Shown here piece by piece: positions 27,424 to 38,734 of a stretch of DNA of 64,000 bases. Origin of the DNA: Lytechinus pictus. Lineage: Eukaryota. The position numbers and the translations under genes were made by a program. The notes under the pieces are model-generated. The model was not told the origin of the DNA. It made no database searches and worked only from the letters and a program-made list of their open reading frames with translations. Location of the stretch: assembly GCF_037042905.1 (NCBI RefSeq), contig NC_087246.1, positions 1 to 64,000 on the forward strand, in the 5' to 3' direction. Each line of letters starts with the position of its first letter. Position 1 is the first letter of the stretch.

Positions 27424-28410
27424 GAGCACCAGTGTTCTGAGTGGAACTTTTCAGGTGTCTTAACCTACTATCATTTGTTGTTGACCGGGAATTACATGCC
27501 ACTGCACGTCATCAATCATCACGATAATTAAATTCATACTTTGATTTGATTATTTAAACTATTTCTTTTTTTCTCTCTTCTACACACAGATCTACACACT
27601 TGCTGACTCTGGTGACTTCTGGTCTCTGCTTGCTACCTCAATCTGGGAGATTCCATCATGTCCTTTTACTATGATTTGGATATAGCCATTTTTTTCTTCA
27701 CTCTTTCCAGGACCTACGGTTTGCAAGTTGTGGACTGATAATGATACAAAAGAAAAATTTTCTTTATCAATCTTGGAAACAATTTTGAGCACAGTTTTGG
27801 AGAGAACTAAGAAATTTGACTTGGACAGGAATACAGCTTGTCAAAAATAATAACACACAATTTAAAACGAAAGAACAATTTTAATGTTACTAGGGCATTT
27901 TGCGAGAAATGTTATACTCAATCACACGTCCCAAATCAAGGGTAAGTCCTTTGATTAAACATGTAGTTGAATTGCGATTGCAACTCGACCTTATTACGCT
28001 TGAATTTGAATTTAAGACTTACGCTTGATTTGCAATTGAACATAAGTTTCTTGCAGTGCCCCATAATTATGTTTTGTTATCAGATATTTAACGTGCTGAT
28101 TTTTCTCGAAAGGTATAATATATTTGTCCTTTTAAACGGTATTTGAATATGGGTACGCCTTTTATTTGTTTTCCACAATATTTATTGCATGTATGAACAG
28201 AAGTGAAATATTTATTGTGAAGCACTGTGAATGTTGTGTGCTGTTGTGTGATGGTTCATCATTTTTGTTATCAGACTGAAAGCCTGGTGGATGTGAGGAA
28301 GTGGCCTGGATGAAAGAAAAGTGAACATGTGTCCAATTACTGATTTGCATATTCTAAGACAATTTTGTTTCTGGATAAATTTTGCTATGCATTCCCTACA
28401 TTAAGAGTAA

Positions 28411-28740
28411 AGGAGAAGTCCACGCAATCAAAAATTCATTTGAATTTAAAGAAAAATAACAAGATATTGCAGGAAATTTCATAAAAACTTTGATTCAAAT
28501 TTATATAATTACTATTTTAACAGTTCCGTAAATATAACCTATTGTGATCAGATGAAGAGTTTCCTATCGTCAAATCTGCAAAGAATAAAAAACAAAATGC
28601 CACAAAAAATAGAAACGAATGTGATGTGAGTGACAACTCTGATTTGCATATCATTGTTTTGTGTATATGACTGTTTTGAGTAAAAACAACAAGGGAAATT
28701 ACTCTATTCAAATAATTTTTAGTTGATGTGGACTTGACTT
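28411..28740. mobile_element. Diverged Kolobok-type MITE, same family as 60874-61422
   Basis: aggagaagtccac...gtggacttgactt|ttaa. Confidence 0.6.
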
Positions 28741-28930
28741 TTAACTCTACCCCTCCCATCCCAAATAAGAGTAGAAATAATCTAATCAAGAACTTGAAAA
28801 TCAAAAGCAGCAATTAAGAAGCAAGATTTGATAAATACAGGTCTGAATAGAATTTCACAAGAAAATAAAAAGAGAAAAAAAGATGGGTAGGGACGGGGAA
28901 GGAATAAAAAAAAATGCCCAGAAAAAAAAA

Positions 28931-29003
28931 TCCTGAGTTTCGAACCAGGGTCCTCGCACATGACAAAACAATGGCCAACGCATTTGGCCACAGACCATTG
29001 CCC
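28931..29003 (-). other. Degenerate tRNA-like/SINE head with Pol III A and B boxes
   Basis: Minus strand TGGTCTGTGG...GGTTCGAAAC followed by a T9 run; no complete cloverleaf. Confidence 0.35.
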
Positions 29004-31874
29004 TACCGGAATGGCATTTTTAAGATATATGAAATAAAGTCCGCTTGCCGCTGTTGCCTAATAATGCTTCGGCAATTCAACTGCAATTTCAGTCATTTCG
29101 CGATGGATATTGCCGTGTTTTTTTTGTGGTTCCTGACTTTGCTACTTAATGAAATTTCATAATTTTTGTTCAGTCATAAAGAAGAATGTCTATGCTTTAT
29201 ATTGATTATAATATTAATGTGACGCAAGTGTGATTTCTACGTGAAAATATGCTTTGTTTATTCACATATATTTCTTGAAAAAAAAAAAATTCTAAGCTAA
29301 ATATCGGTTACCAAAATACGTTAAATGTGCACTTTTTTTCACTGTTCAGTAAATTCAAACTTTTATCTATATAACAAGACCAATATTAAGAGCAATAAAC
29401 AATTCTAAGAGCAAAAAACGCTGATTGGAAAGATCGTCTCCAATGGGCTGCTGTCAGCTCAGCTGCTCACTGCTCATTGTGTGACGTCACTCAGCTGGAG
29501 CTCGCAAGAGGACCGGTGGAAGGCAGAAATATGGCATGAAAATAAATCATTTTTGAGAGCTGATTTCTGCAAACTCTGATCACTATTTTGAAAAGTGAAG
29601 TTATATATCTGATTAGTAATACTTCCCCTTTACAATGATGACCACATAAAGTCATTATAAAATACTTTTGATTCTTCGGATGTATACTTTAAATCCTATA
29701 TGGTTTAAATCTTAATCTAATATTCGGCTGGTCACTATTCACAGCCGATCTGGATTTATTGTAAAACCTCGGAATTTAGAATGTACACTGGTGTAACGCC
29801 AAGAACAGTAATGAGATACCCTTTATACTACTTGCTATTATAATAGCGCATAATCAAAGATCAAAACACTAACTTATACAAATTATTGTTAATGATATAT
29901 TTCTTACAAATCAAAGCAAGTTACATATAGTAGGCCTATAGAGAAATTAAAATATTATATCCAACATAAACAAATTTGTCATGAGAACATCAAGTGACGT
30001 GAATGAATGAAATGTGGAAAAGGACGATGCAGTTAAAGGTATAGTGATATCCAGCGGAGAAGATGGGCTAATCCACTGTCTTTTTGAATTAATTGTCAAT
30101 CTTTCCATTAATGTACGTTGTATATTTTATATTTATCTGATATAATAAATACTGTTATCTATCATTATCTAAAATAGGCCTATAAACAGAGAGGTAAATG
30201 CAAAAATTAGTAAGAGAATTTCATCCCGAGAAGTCAGGTACAAATGCCAAATTCACAGCATAATCCAAATGTAATCACACTAATAGTTAATTGAGATGCG
30301 ATTTGTCATTAATATTTTCGATTGTAATGAGGTTGGATTCTTTTCTTCAAGAAAAAGGCCGGAGACGGCATCCCTTTTCACAGCGTTACAACGCACGAGC
30401 TATGTGTACATCCGGGTACTTCTGCAAATCAAGACCTATCGAGCAATGGCCGACCACGCTCCGCGCAATCACAGACGTTAAGTATGCGCGCCTATGGCGA
30501 CTCCGCACTCTAGCGTAATTAGTATACATCTCTATGATCTGCACTCACTCTTCATCTTCTTCTCTATAAGTATAAGTACAGGCCACCGTCTGGCGTATTG
30601 TAGGATGGGGGGTTGGGTGTCCGGACACGTAACAGAAATGAAGCCTTGTTTTTATCTCAGGAATAAACCAAAAATATAGGTTGAATAGTTTTTTTTCACC
30701 ATCAATATTTGTTTTTTATAATATTTTCTTATATTCTGTGCTAAAAAGAATTAAAGACATTGCTTGTAAACTTTTCAAAATTGAGAGTAAAAGTCATGTG
30801 TCCGGACACCCAACCCGTCCGGACACACAACCACTGGGTATACTGTTGTGCAGGTGCAATGTATGTACAGTGTCTCAAATGAGGGGTCTAAAATAAACTC
30901 TAAGAGTGTGCAGCTAAAAAGACATCCGTAGAAAGTTAACGGAGCTGGATTTTCTGTACCTCCCTTTTGAAACTTGGAAGAGAGGTATAGTCACGTATTG
31001 TATTACCGGACACTATTATGATTCCGGACGCGCATATTACTGCGTTCGAAAACAATTTCGTACCGTAAGACTTCCGCAATTCAATTTCACAGAGCAGTAC
31101 ATAGAACAGGATTGCAAAAACAAGGCGAAAAAATCAAACTTTTACCTTATTTATCTCTAAAATGACAGAAAATGCTTAAAATATCAAATAACATAGTTTT
31201 GCATTAACAATTTATATATTTTCTAACGGAAATATGGGTCTGATCTGCCGAATTTCAATCTCGTCTGCTCCTTCGATCGAATGATGAGGTGTGGTGTATT
31301 GTGGGTGATCGTCGACGGCTAGTTCTCAAGGTACCCGTGCGCGAGGTTTACCGTGAGTATAGAGCCGTCGACGATCGGCAGCGCATCGATAGAACTTGAT
31401 GAGCGTCACGATACGAACGAGCATAATATTGGAAAGTTCCATGAAACATGCAGCTAACAAGAAAAAATAAAATAAGTTATCAAACACGAATTTATTACCA
31501 ACATCTGCTCAGAATCGATATAAAAACAGCAATCAAAAACTTAGAATTTACTCATGATATGATATAAGAAGAAAAAATCACACAAATTTGTTCTTACATC
31601 ATTATAATCTAGAATATCTTTACCCGTCCGGCGCGCGTCCGGAATCATGATGTAATTTGTCACGCACGAAAATAACTGTTTTTCTTGGAGGGGTATGCGG
31701 CAAGTGCGATGCAAAGAAAATGGTTGGTAAATATAAAATAATTTTACCATATTCATAATTTTCATAATGTTTGGAATAGCAAGTGCAAATTTTTCTTGAT
31801 TGTATTTCCTCTAGTTGTCATTTTTAAAGCACTGAAATAAAGGTGTCCGGCAATAGGATACACTGCCATACATG

Positions 31875-32698
31875 AGACGGCGACCTGTGGAAGAGCGTTC
31901 CATAGCCTGGTTGCATCAGGAAAGTAGCTTTTGTGCAGTGTCTGTGTCCTAGCAAATGGTACTTGTAATTTCTGGTTATGACCTCTTTGTGAGGAATGGA
32001 GAGATGGGATCAGAGTCGCCTCGGGGACGGATATTAACGAGTTCTTAATGCAGAACATCATCGCAACCTTTGCCTGGGCTCTCCTTTCTTGCAGGGATGG
32101 CCATTGCAGTTGTTGGAGCATGGAGGTGACACTGCTTGTTCTGCGGTGGTCATTGCAAACAAAGCGAGCATACCTTCTCTGTATCATTTCAAGCCTCATG
32201 ATGTTAGCTTGAGTGAAAGGATCCCAGATGATGCTTCCATATTCCTTGACTGGTCTAAGTAGAGTGAGGTAGCAGAGCACCTTGACTTTGCGAGGACATG
32301 ATCTAATGTTCCTTCGAAGAAAAGCCCTGGTGGAATTAGCCTTTTTTGCTACCTGACTGATGTGATGATTCCAGCTGAGCTTTTGATGGAGGTAGATTCC
32401 AAGATATTTTGCTGTGTCTCCTTTGTCCAAGGTGTAACCATGAAGGATGTATGGCAATATGATAGGCTTCCGTTTGTTGGTTACATGGAGGACTTGGCAT
32501 TTCTTGGGGTTGAACTCCATCAGCCAGTCAGCTTCCCATTGCTCCAAGGACTTGATGTCTTCCTGCAGTTGAGCACCGTCTTCCTCTGACCTTATCTTGC
32601 GATAGACTAGGCAGTCATCTGCGAAAAGCCTAACAGTGGTGTCATTAGACAGGTACTCTGGTAGGTCGTTGATAAATATCAGAAACAACATCGGACCA
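31875..32698 (-). mobile_element. 5'-truncated CR1-group LINE; RT C-terminal half with an open frame (~275 aa)
   Basis: ORF 31762-32736: GPMLFLIFINDLP...LFADDC...FNPKKC...KYLGI...LRPVKEYGSIIWDP...LEMIQRRYARFV...LWNALP; the ORF ends are flanking non-LINE DNA. Confidence 0.92.
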
Positions 32699-33239
32699 CA
32701 CAAGCATGCGAGGTTAGTTGTACTAACCTCGCACAACGCATGTCATTTCATAATGAATTTTGACGTTTTCATTCATCACACGAATGTGAGAGAATGACAC
32801 ACGCCAAAATCTTCACAATATACTAAATTTATTCATCTAAATCTGTTCATTGAATTAATTTTTAAAATATGCTCCAAAATATTCATAAAAAGGGATTTTA
32901 AACGCTTACCTTCAAATCTCAGCCAAGATACTCCGTCCGATCCTTAATACTGCGGTGGAAATTACGCAAACAACAATCGAAATGCGAATTTTTCTTATCG
33001 AACAGTCTAGATTCAAGTCGCCGGCGCAATTAATAGGAAATTGTACCAAAAAAATCAACAGGCATCTCACGTATAATCGCTGATGGCGCTACATCATAAA
33101 ATAACGCTGAACAGCAAAAAAAATTGCGGAGCACCTAGAACGCAGCCAGCAATACAGCTGATCTGACGTAAACGACGTAAACAAGCAAGTTTATTAAATA
33201 ATATCGCGCGCCCTCTCTGTGCGTATAGAGAAAATCAGC

Positions 33240-33334
33240 GAATTGGCCGCATGCCTGCTTCGACATCAAGTAAAACCATCGATATAAAGTACCAGAAAGA
33301 CAGAGAGGAATTGAAATTGGCTTCATATCGTTTG
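33240..33334 (+). other. SYNRG: Candidate non-coding first exon of SYNRG (start approximate)
   Basis: CpG-enriched region 32930-33280; consensus donor TTG|GTAAGT after 33334; upstream stop in the frame of exon 2, so probably 5'UTR. Confidence 0.55.
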
Positions 33335-33880
33335 GTAAGTTTCATATCCAAAGCTTACTTCATGTAAAATGTAGATAAATTTCTAATTTTTACGTAAGAA
33401 TAAAAACTTATTGCAAGTGCCGTGCCAGCGGTTATCCTGTGCACGGCGGAGGTAATGTACCCATGGGTGGTATATCTGTAATGCTGTATCATTGAATTAT
33501 GTTGTAACTGTTAGATCCAGTTGTACAGTGGTTACACCTGTTAATAAATGCATTTGCAGTGCTTTTTACAGCAATTAACATTTTGGTGTCTATGTAATGT
33601 TTTATTGTGCCAGTATCAAATTTCTACACATAGTTTATTGATCGCAACTGTCAAGAAATTCTTTTCTAAAACGTAATATCACACAGTTCCATGGTCATTT
33701 GCAAAAGTTATGACAGTTTTACTGTCACACTGTCAGTAGTTTCAGTTAAACTCTTGTTTTAGAATAATATCACAAAATAAAACGGGCTGATAATTGCACT
33801 GCTCCACTAATTCTGTTTCATGCAGCTCTATTCAAAATAGCTTATTCATGTACATGATGTTTTTATTTGTGTATTATCAG

Positions 33881-34106
33881 GCCTCCCTACGGCTCACTGC
33901 CTGGAGGGAACTATCGTGTTCCGGGACCTGGTGGAATGTCTAATGTCCAGGGACAGTTCACAGTCAGTACACCACAGCAGCAACAACAACAGCAGAGCTT
34001 TCAAATGATGCACCAACAACAATTACCTAACCCACCTCAAACTCAGCCACAGACTGGAAGAATAGCTCCTCAGGTTTATTCAAATCAACCGGGAGGAAGA
34101 ATTTAT
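33881..34106 (+). CDS. SYNRG: Synergin gamma exon 2 (Q/P/G-rich N-terminus; first in-frame ATG at 33936)
   Basis: tatcag|G...ATTTAT|gtaagt; encodes PPYGSLPGG...QQQQQQQ...GGRIY; ends in phase 0, matching the next exon. Confidence 0.8.
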
Positions 34107-34964
34107 GTAAGTGAATCTTCTTCACTTCTATCATAGCCAATTTGTCTGGGATTTTACAAATACTCCTAGGCAATATACCAGTCAAATTATTAAGCCTAAA
34201 AAATAAAAGTTTAGCAAAGGTTGGCCTATAAAAGAAAGGAAATCATAAACAGAAAATTATACAAAATTTTTCTAAATTTATCTGGATCACCTGTTATTTA
34301 GTACACAATAAAATACCAAATATATTTTGGTCACCTTCAGTCATTAACATTAAAGACTGAGTTTGATCTCGCCTGCATAGCAGAAGCGAGGTACCGACGG
34401 TGGCAACGTCAACGTTGAAAATTTGAAACCTTAACCAAGGTTAAGTTTTTCATTACATTTATAGTATTATATGAAACTTGGGGCGTATTCAATGTCAATT
34501 TTAAAATTCAAACATGAACAGTACATGATTGAAAACTCATTTACAAAATTCTGATAGAATATAAGACAAAGGGTGTGTAAGTCCCCATCCCTGGCCGGAA
34601 GAGTAAACGTTATTTAGATCACAATTTGGAGGGAAATTGAAACGCCAGAAAGGTGCAATTGGAAACGCAATCAGCTCAAAGTTTATGACTGAATGCGACA
34701 CTAAACACGATTGAGTTTGGAATGTCTTTATTACCATCACTACCGCATGAGGAAAGAGCAAGGTAATCATAAGAAACAAACAATGTAAGCAATTTTTTTT
34801 ACCTATTCAATCAGCTTCCCATAATTTCAGCACAGTCTATGATAAACTGCATAGACTTAAGATGTGTCTAAGAAAACCCCTCACAAGGAACCAACTGAAA
34901 CATACGATAAGTACCAACTTTTCAAAATTCTAATATACCATGGATCTAGAGAATAATCATTGAT

Positions 34965-35241
34965 GTTAGTGCCATTGAGTCAATCTCGACTCCTGGTGAC
35001 CCCAAGGACAAACTTTCTCCATGTTCTAATTCCTTCGAGCCATTATAATTGAACCAGACTACCCTCCACCTTATTTTATAATTTTTTATTCGTGTTATAA
35101 ACCATCTATTCCTCTTCTCCTCCTGCCTTGTACCTTCTTGAGCATGATGTCCTGCTCCATACCTTTTGATCAGATAATGTGTCCAACATATCTTAATCTC
35201 TGTTTTACAACCTTACCCTCAAGGATGTAGCTTGGTTTTAT
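34965..35241 (-). mobile_element. Degenerate RTE-clade LINE 3' end
   Basis: Minus strand IKPSYILEGKVVKQRLRYVGHII*SKGMEQDIMLKKVQGRRRRG plus a 3'UTR gtcaccaggagtcgagattgactcaatggcac resembling RTE tails. Confidence 0.7.
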
Positions 35242-36126
35242 TGCTCGCATGCATAGCAGAGCGAGACGAGAGGTGCCGCTTTTCCGACGGCGGCGGCAGC
35301 GTCAACACCAAATCTTAACCGAAGGTTAAGTTTTTGAAATGACATCATAATTTAGAAAGTATATGGACCTAGTTAATGAAACTTGGACATAAGGTTAATC
35401 ATGTATTACTTAATATCTTGCCTGAGTTTCAGGTCACATGACCAACGTCAAATGTCATTTAGGGTCAATGAACTTAGACAATTTTGGGGGAATTAACATC
35501 AAACTCTTAACCTTAGGTTAATTTTTTTAAATGACATAACTTAGAAAGTATATTGACCTCATTCATGAAACTTGGACGTAAGGTTAAACAAACATTACTG
35601 ATTATTATTTAGATGTAGGTTCTTAGAGTCGCAGACATTTTTTGACGTCTTGCAAGGTTGTTTCAAAGAAACAAAATATTAAAACTAATTTTTAACTTGT
35701 ATGCCTTGAAAACTGTCCAATATTAAAAATATTGGACGAAATGATATTTTGTCCCGCCCACAAGATTATCATTGGTCAATGATTTTGCGCATGAATCTAT
35801 TGTTACGTCACAATGAAATTGCATTGCGTATTAGTTGCCAGGAGGTGTAGTAAAGGAGCAAGATTGCGTCAATTTATTGAATTCAAATGTGCAGCGCAAC
35901 TTTACACAGATTCCTTTTTAAAAAAATGAAAATATTCAGTCGCCATGCTCATGATTTACAGGATTGTCATAAATGATGGTTATTAAAAACATTTTATTTC
36001 TGCATTAATTAAGTTTATACTTAGCACATATGATCCTTGCGTAATAGCACATGTTTGTCCATGAGGATGGTGGGGTTAAAGGTCATATAGGGTACAAAAG
36101 ATCAAATGATGTACGGTCATTTCCAT

Positions 36127-36915
36127 TTTTAGCTCATCCGGCCCGAATGGCCAGATGAGCTTGTGGCGTGGCGTCCGTCGTCCGTCCACAATTTCAAAAT
36201 GCTTCTTCTTTAATCATTTCAAGTACGATTGCAATTCTGTTTGCTTTATATGATAGCACTAGGTGGGGGATTAAAAACTTCTATACAGAATTTTGAAACT
36301 CATGAAATATGCTAATTTATGTGCATTTTTCAAATTTCTTTAAAATGCTTCTCTTTTATTTGTAGACTGATTTTGATTTTTTTGCTTCCATCTGGTAGAG
36401 CTTCATGAGGAATTTCTTCACAAAATTTTTCAAATTTTGACTAGAAAATTATTTATGCTAATTTATGCAAAATGTATTCATAAATCACAGAATATGCCTC
36501 TTCTTTATTTGTTGTTCAATTTTGAATTTTTTTTCATCCATCTGGTAGAGCTACATGTACATGAGGGTCACCAAACTTCCACACAGAATTTCGAAATTTT
36601 GACTAGAAAATTACACTGCTACTTTATACGAAATTTATTCATAAGTCATAAAAAATGCCTTTTCTCCAACCAATTTCAATTTTGTTTGCTTTATATGAGC
36701 TCTTGGTGGGGATCCAAAATTTATACACAAAATTTTGAAACTCATTAAATATGCATATTTTTAAAAATTCCATCTGAGAGCTACATGAGGTTCACCAAGT
36801 TTCTACACAGAATTGAGAAATTTTGACTAGAAAATTATTTATGCTAATTTATACAAAATTTATTCATAAATCACAAAAAATGCTTCTTTTTCATTTCTTC
36901 ATCAATTTCAATAAT
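36127..36915 (+). mobile_element. Helentron-associated non-autonomous element (HINE/DINE-like), second family
   Basis: 5' ttttagctcatccggcccgaatggccagatgagct hairpin, (CGTC)n microsatellite, internal tandem core repeats. Confidence 0.6.
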
Positions 36916-37357
36916 TTGGTCACGCATGTGTACAGCAATACATTTGAATTTTGAGCAAAATGTGTGATATAATGAATAAATTAACATATCATAATTAACT
37001 CATATAAAATACATTTTGATGGATTTAATGCAATTGATACCTCTACGGCAGCCATATGCGAGTCAAAAAAGCTGTTCTATAAACCATCTATATGTAGCTT
37101 ATACAAAAGATGTTAAAACGGCTGTTTTTGACTCGCCGTACGGCCAGCGTACAGCAAATGTGACTGAAGTATTATCTATGCAATCACATAGATTTTTTCA
37201 TTCTCTACAACAGTATTGTGCACGATCGTGTGCGCATTGTCGAGATAGAACCACTCACCCCCTACCCAGACTGACAATAATAAAATTAACCCAGGACTAT
37301 TAGGGTTAAATTTCAATTAGATTAGATTAACTATTCACTTTTCATATATTGTTCCAG

Positions 37358-37530
37358 CCTACACCTGGATATAATCAGATGTTAATGCAGCCAGGTCAGT
37401 TCATTGGTCAAGCTTGCTCTGGGGTATTGCAGCCGGGTATTAATCAAGGATTTGGACAGCAAGCAGGGATCATTCGTGGTATGGCACCATATATCCAAGC
37501 TCAACAGAATCTAACACCAGAACAACAAAA
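37358..37530 (+). CDS. SYNRG: Synergin gamma exon 3
   Basis: ttccag|CCT...CAAAA|gtaagc; PTPGYNQMLMQPGQ...QQNLTPEQQK resembles vertebrate PQYTPDMQK; phase 0 to 2. Confidence 0.88.
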
Positions 37531-38734
37531 GTAAGCACAAGAGATCTTCATTTCAGGCATTTCTGTGCCCAGGTAGCTTTGTCTATTTTCAGAAGGGCAC
37601 TTCAGCATCCAAAGAAAGACATTGACAAGCATTGATAAGCTTTTACCATACTCATTTGTATATTTTTTAAAGTACGGTTTAAGTTGGGAGAGATAAAAAG
37701 TTTTAATGTTCTGTTTACAGTAGTTTTTTTTCTATCCATGGGTTATACATGGAGCTCTTGACACCGGAAAATCTAGGGATTGGTGAGCGAGGTCTTCAGC
37801 TAAGGTATCAAGTTAGGTTGTAAAATCCAGAACAGGAGTGGTTAAAGAGTGCAGTGGCGTAGAGTAGAAAAATGGATGACTTGTCGTATACAGATGTACA
37901 GGAGCAAGTACAGGATTGAGAATATGACGGTGTATGGAAATGTAGTTTTGAGCGAGAGTAGATGAAGAGGAGATTCACAGGAATTTCAAAATGAAATTAA
38001 ACTTTCAAAATCATGCTTCTGTATGAAGTCCCTCATGTGACCCATTTCTTTTGACCTCTGACCTTGAATCTGCTTGGAGACAGCAAAAGGAATTTCCAAA
38101 TGATAGCTGGAAGCATTTTAATGATAACCTTTGAATTACTAAATCTCCAATATTTTTAGATTTATAACTAATTAAAATCGAGATTTGACATGATTTCGGT
38201 CACAAACATGACCAGAATGGCCCTAAAGTGCTTCCTACAAGTTTGAAAGCAGTAAGAAAATAAAAGGAAAGCATTAGAATAAGGAAATGAACAACAAAGA
38301 ATATGAAAGTGAAAACATTATAACAACTTATAATATTAAACATGATACATGTCTGAATTGGTCTTCACTCTCATATGAGGACCAACCTTGGCAAATGACT
38401 TTTTTGTCTACTCATCTTTTGCATCGACAGGAACTTCCATGCATTGATAGTTTAACACCATATTTGTTTGTAATATATGAAATGACATGGAAAATTTTAC
38501 TTAATTCTGCCAATTAACTGCTTCATGCATTACAACTACTTGTAGGTTTTAAAGAAATGGACATTTGAAGAAAAAAAATCAGTGGTCACTTTATAATTCT
38601 TTTCCTGTATTTTTTTCTGTATTTCGTCAAGGGTATCATGATTTTGTCATGAAGTACTCCATAATAGAAACATTTCTTTAATGGCCCTGAAAGATTGTTT
38701 TCTTGAAATTTTTGTTCATTATTTACTGAATTGT

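Larger units (their letters stand above)
26060..27941 (+). ncRNA. Candidate spliced non-coding or 5'UTR-like transcript inside the Kolobok element (exons ~26060-26396 and 27590- or 27711-27941)
   Basis: TGACGTCA upstream; donor AAG|GTAAGC after 26396; strong pyrimidine tract plus CAG ending at 27589; second acceptor ctctttccag ending at 27710; donor AGG|GTAAGT after 27941; no long ORF. Confidence 0.4.
25843..29688. mobile_element. Kolobok-type non-autonomous DNA transposon, 3.85 kb
   Basis: TTAA TSD on both sides; TIRs AGTATACATCCAAAGAA / TTCTTCGGATGTATACT (purine-purine start); subterminal TGACGTCA at 26043 and 29482. Confidence 0.8.
25699..29783. mobile_element. Small TIR element (CACT ends, TA flanks; EnSpm/CACTA- or Tc1-like) split by a Kolobok insertion
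   Basis: aataaatccagatcggctgtgaat..ccagcc at ~25722-25756 is inverted at ~29726-29760; TA on both sides. Confidence 0.7.
23523..30536. mobile_element. Non-autonomous DNA transposon, probably P superfamily, expanded to 7.0 kb by nested insertions
   Basis: ~33-bp TIRs catagagatatatactaataacgctagagggcg / cgcactctagcgtaattagtatacatctctatg; perfect 8-bp TSD ATCTGCAC (23515-23522, 30537-30544); CA...TG ends with an 8-bp TSD fit P elements. Confidence 0.8.

Noticed and set aside
28931..29003. Functional tRNA gene
   Set aside because: No acceptor or anticodon stems, a bulged T stem and an internal TTTT; kept only as a low-confidence SINE-like head.
37745..37985. Purine-rich stretch resembling a LINE fragment (similar at 46775-46920)
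   Set aside because: No diagnostic protein motif recoverable by manual translation.
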